From Octopus sinensis (lineage: Eukaryota), in the NCBI RefSeq assembly GCF_006345805.1, contig NC_042997.1, positions 75,516,001 to 75,580,000 of the forward strand: a stretch of DNA of 64,000 nt, written 5' to 3'. The notes under the pieces were generated by a model. It saw only the letters and a program-made list of their open reading frames with translations, was not told the DNA's origin and did not search any database. A program made the position numbers and the translations under genes. This document shows, in pieces, positions 62,850-64,000 of this stretch. Numbering within the stretch: the first letter of the stretch is position 1; every line of letters begins with the position of its first letter.

Positions 62850-62886
62850 ATATTTCTACCCATATGGAATAAAATATTTTTGTTTT

Positions 62887-62942
<56 letters not shown>

Positions 62943-63185
62943 CTATGTATATATAATACATATATATCCTTTTACACTAATTCTCCTTTTTCTCTCTCTA
63001 TTCTCTCCCCACATGAGATACCCATGCTTCCCCTCTCATGCTGTCAAACTTCGCAACTCATGCTAGTGTTGAAGCCAGATGTTAGATGGTGATGATGATA
63101 TGTATATGTGTGTGCATGTGTGTGTGCGTGTGTGTGTATGTATATATATATATATATATAAATTTATATGTATATGTGTGTGTGA

Positions 63186-64000
63186 TCATCATCATCATTT
63201 AACATCTGTTGTATATGCTGGCATGGGGTGGACAGTTTGACCAGGACTGGTAAACTGGAAGGCTGCACCAGACTCCAGTCTGATTTGGCATGGTTTTCTA
63301 CAGCTGGATGCCCTTCCTAACACCAACCACTCTGAGAGTGTAATTGGTGTTTTTACATGCCACCAGCATGGGTGCCATTTGTGTGACACCAGTATCTGCC
63401 ATGACTGTGATTTTGCTCAGCTTGATGGGTCTTCTTCTCAAGCATGACATAATGCCAGAGGTCTTGGTCATTGTCTCCGTGAGGCCCAACACTCGAAAGG
63501 ATCTCAGCCACTTTGAGGCCCAACACTTGAAAGGAACTCAGCCACTTTGCTTCTGTGAAGCCCAACACTCGAAAGGTATTCTTTACATGCCACAGGCACG
63601 GGTGCCAGTTACATGACACCTGCATCAGCAATGACTACGATTTCACTTGGCTTGGCAAGTTTTCTCAAGCACAGCATATTGCCAAAAGTCTTGGTCACTA
63701 AACATTGCCTCTGGCTCAGAGTTTGAAGACCATGCTTTATTCATACACATCATATGACCATACTGGCACATGTCCTCGGCTGTCACAGCCCATGTTTCAC
63801 TGCCATGTAGCATAGCTGTTTTCACACAAGCATCATACAATCTACCTTTCACTTTGAGAAACAGGCCTTTTGTTGCCAGCAAAGGTAGGAGCTCTCTGAA
63901 CTTTGCCCACCCTAATCTCATTCTCACAGCAATGCTCTCGGAGCATCCACCTCCACTACTAACTTGGTCACCTAGACAATGGAAGCTATCTACTACCTCT
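63186..64000 (-). mobile_element. RTE 3' fragment with internal deletion
   Basis: WAKFRELLPLLATKG..AMLHGSETW, 3'UTR and (GAT)n tail. Confidence 0.85.

Noticed and set aside
4057-63389. Many short IY/TH/CV-rich ORFs
   Set aside because: These are translations of (TA)n and (CA)n microsatellites and SINEs.

Overview
This is AT-rich eukaryotic DNA, almost entirely transposable elements and microsatellites. The repeat content suggests an octopus or other coleoid cephalopod (inference from repeat families only). It appears to be intronic sequence of an unidentified + strand host gene, of which only a few short candidate exons are visible. It contains one RTE LINE with an uninterrupted 1055-aa APE-RT ORF carrying an inserted PHD-like finger, preceded by 4.5 tandem ~605-bp units. 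It also contains decayed RTE, R4/Dong-like, L2-like, Gypsy, Tc1, mariner, Helitron, piggyBac-like and SINE copies, and three Penelope-like element (PLE) loci. The main signal is a hammerhead-ribozyme (HHR) system. A ~400-bp tandem array at 11.5-12.6 kb carries a type I HHR (CUGAAGA...GAAA, palindromic stem III, GUA site) in each unit, giving a retrozyme-like layout. Further intact, variant or decayed HHRs sit in PLE terminal repeats at 20.7, 44.5-44.8, 47.4, 47.7 and 47.9 kb. Other notable items: a 69-bp element present twice (68/69 identical) 42 kb apart, a GT-AG intron inside a Tc1 transposase, a 95-bp exact-identity tract between otherwise ~82% identical inverted SINEs, a ~270-bp duplication flanking an RTE, and many long fold-back repeats. 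Everything was read by eye; boundaries of decayed elements are approximate, and homopolymer noise suggests a long-read assembly.
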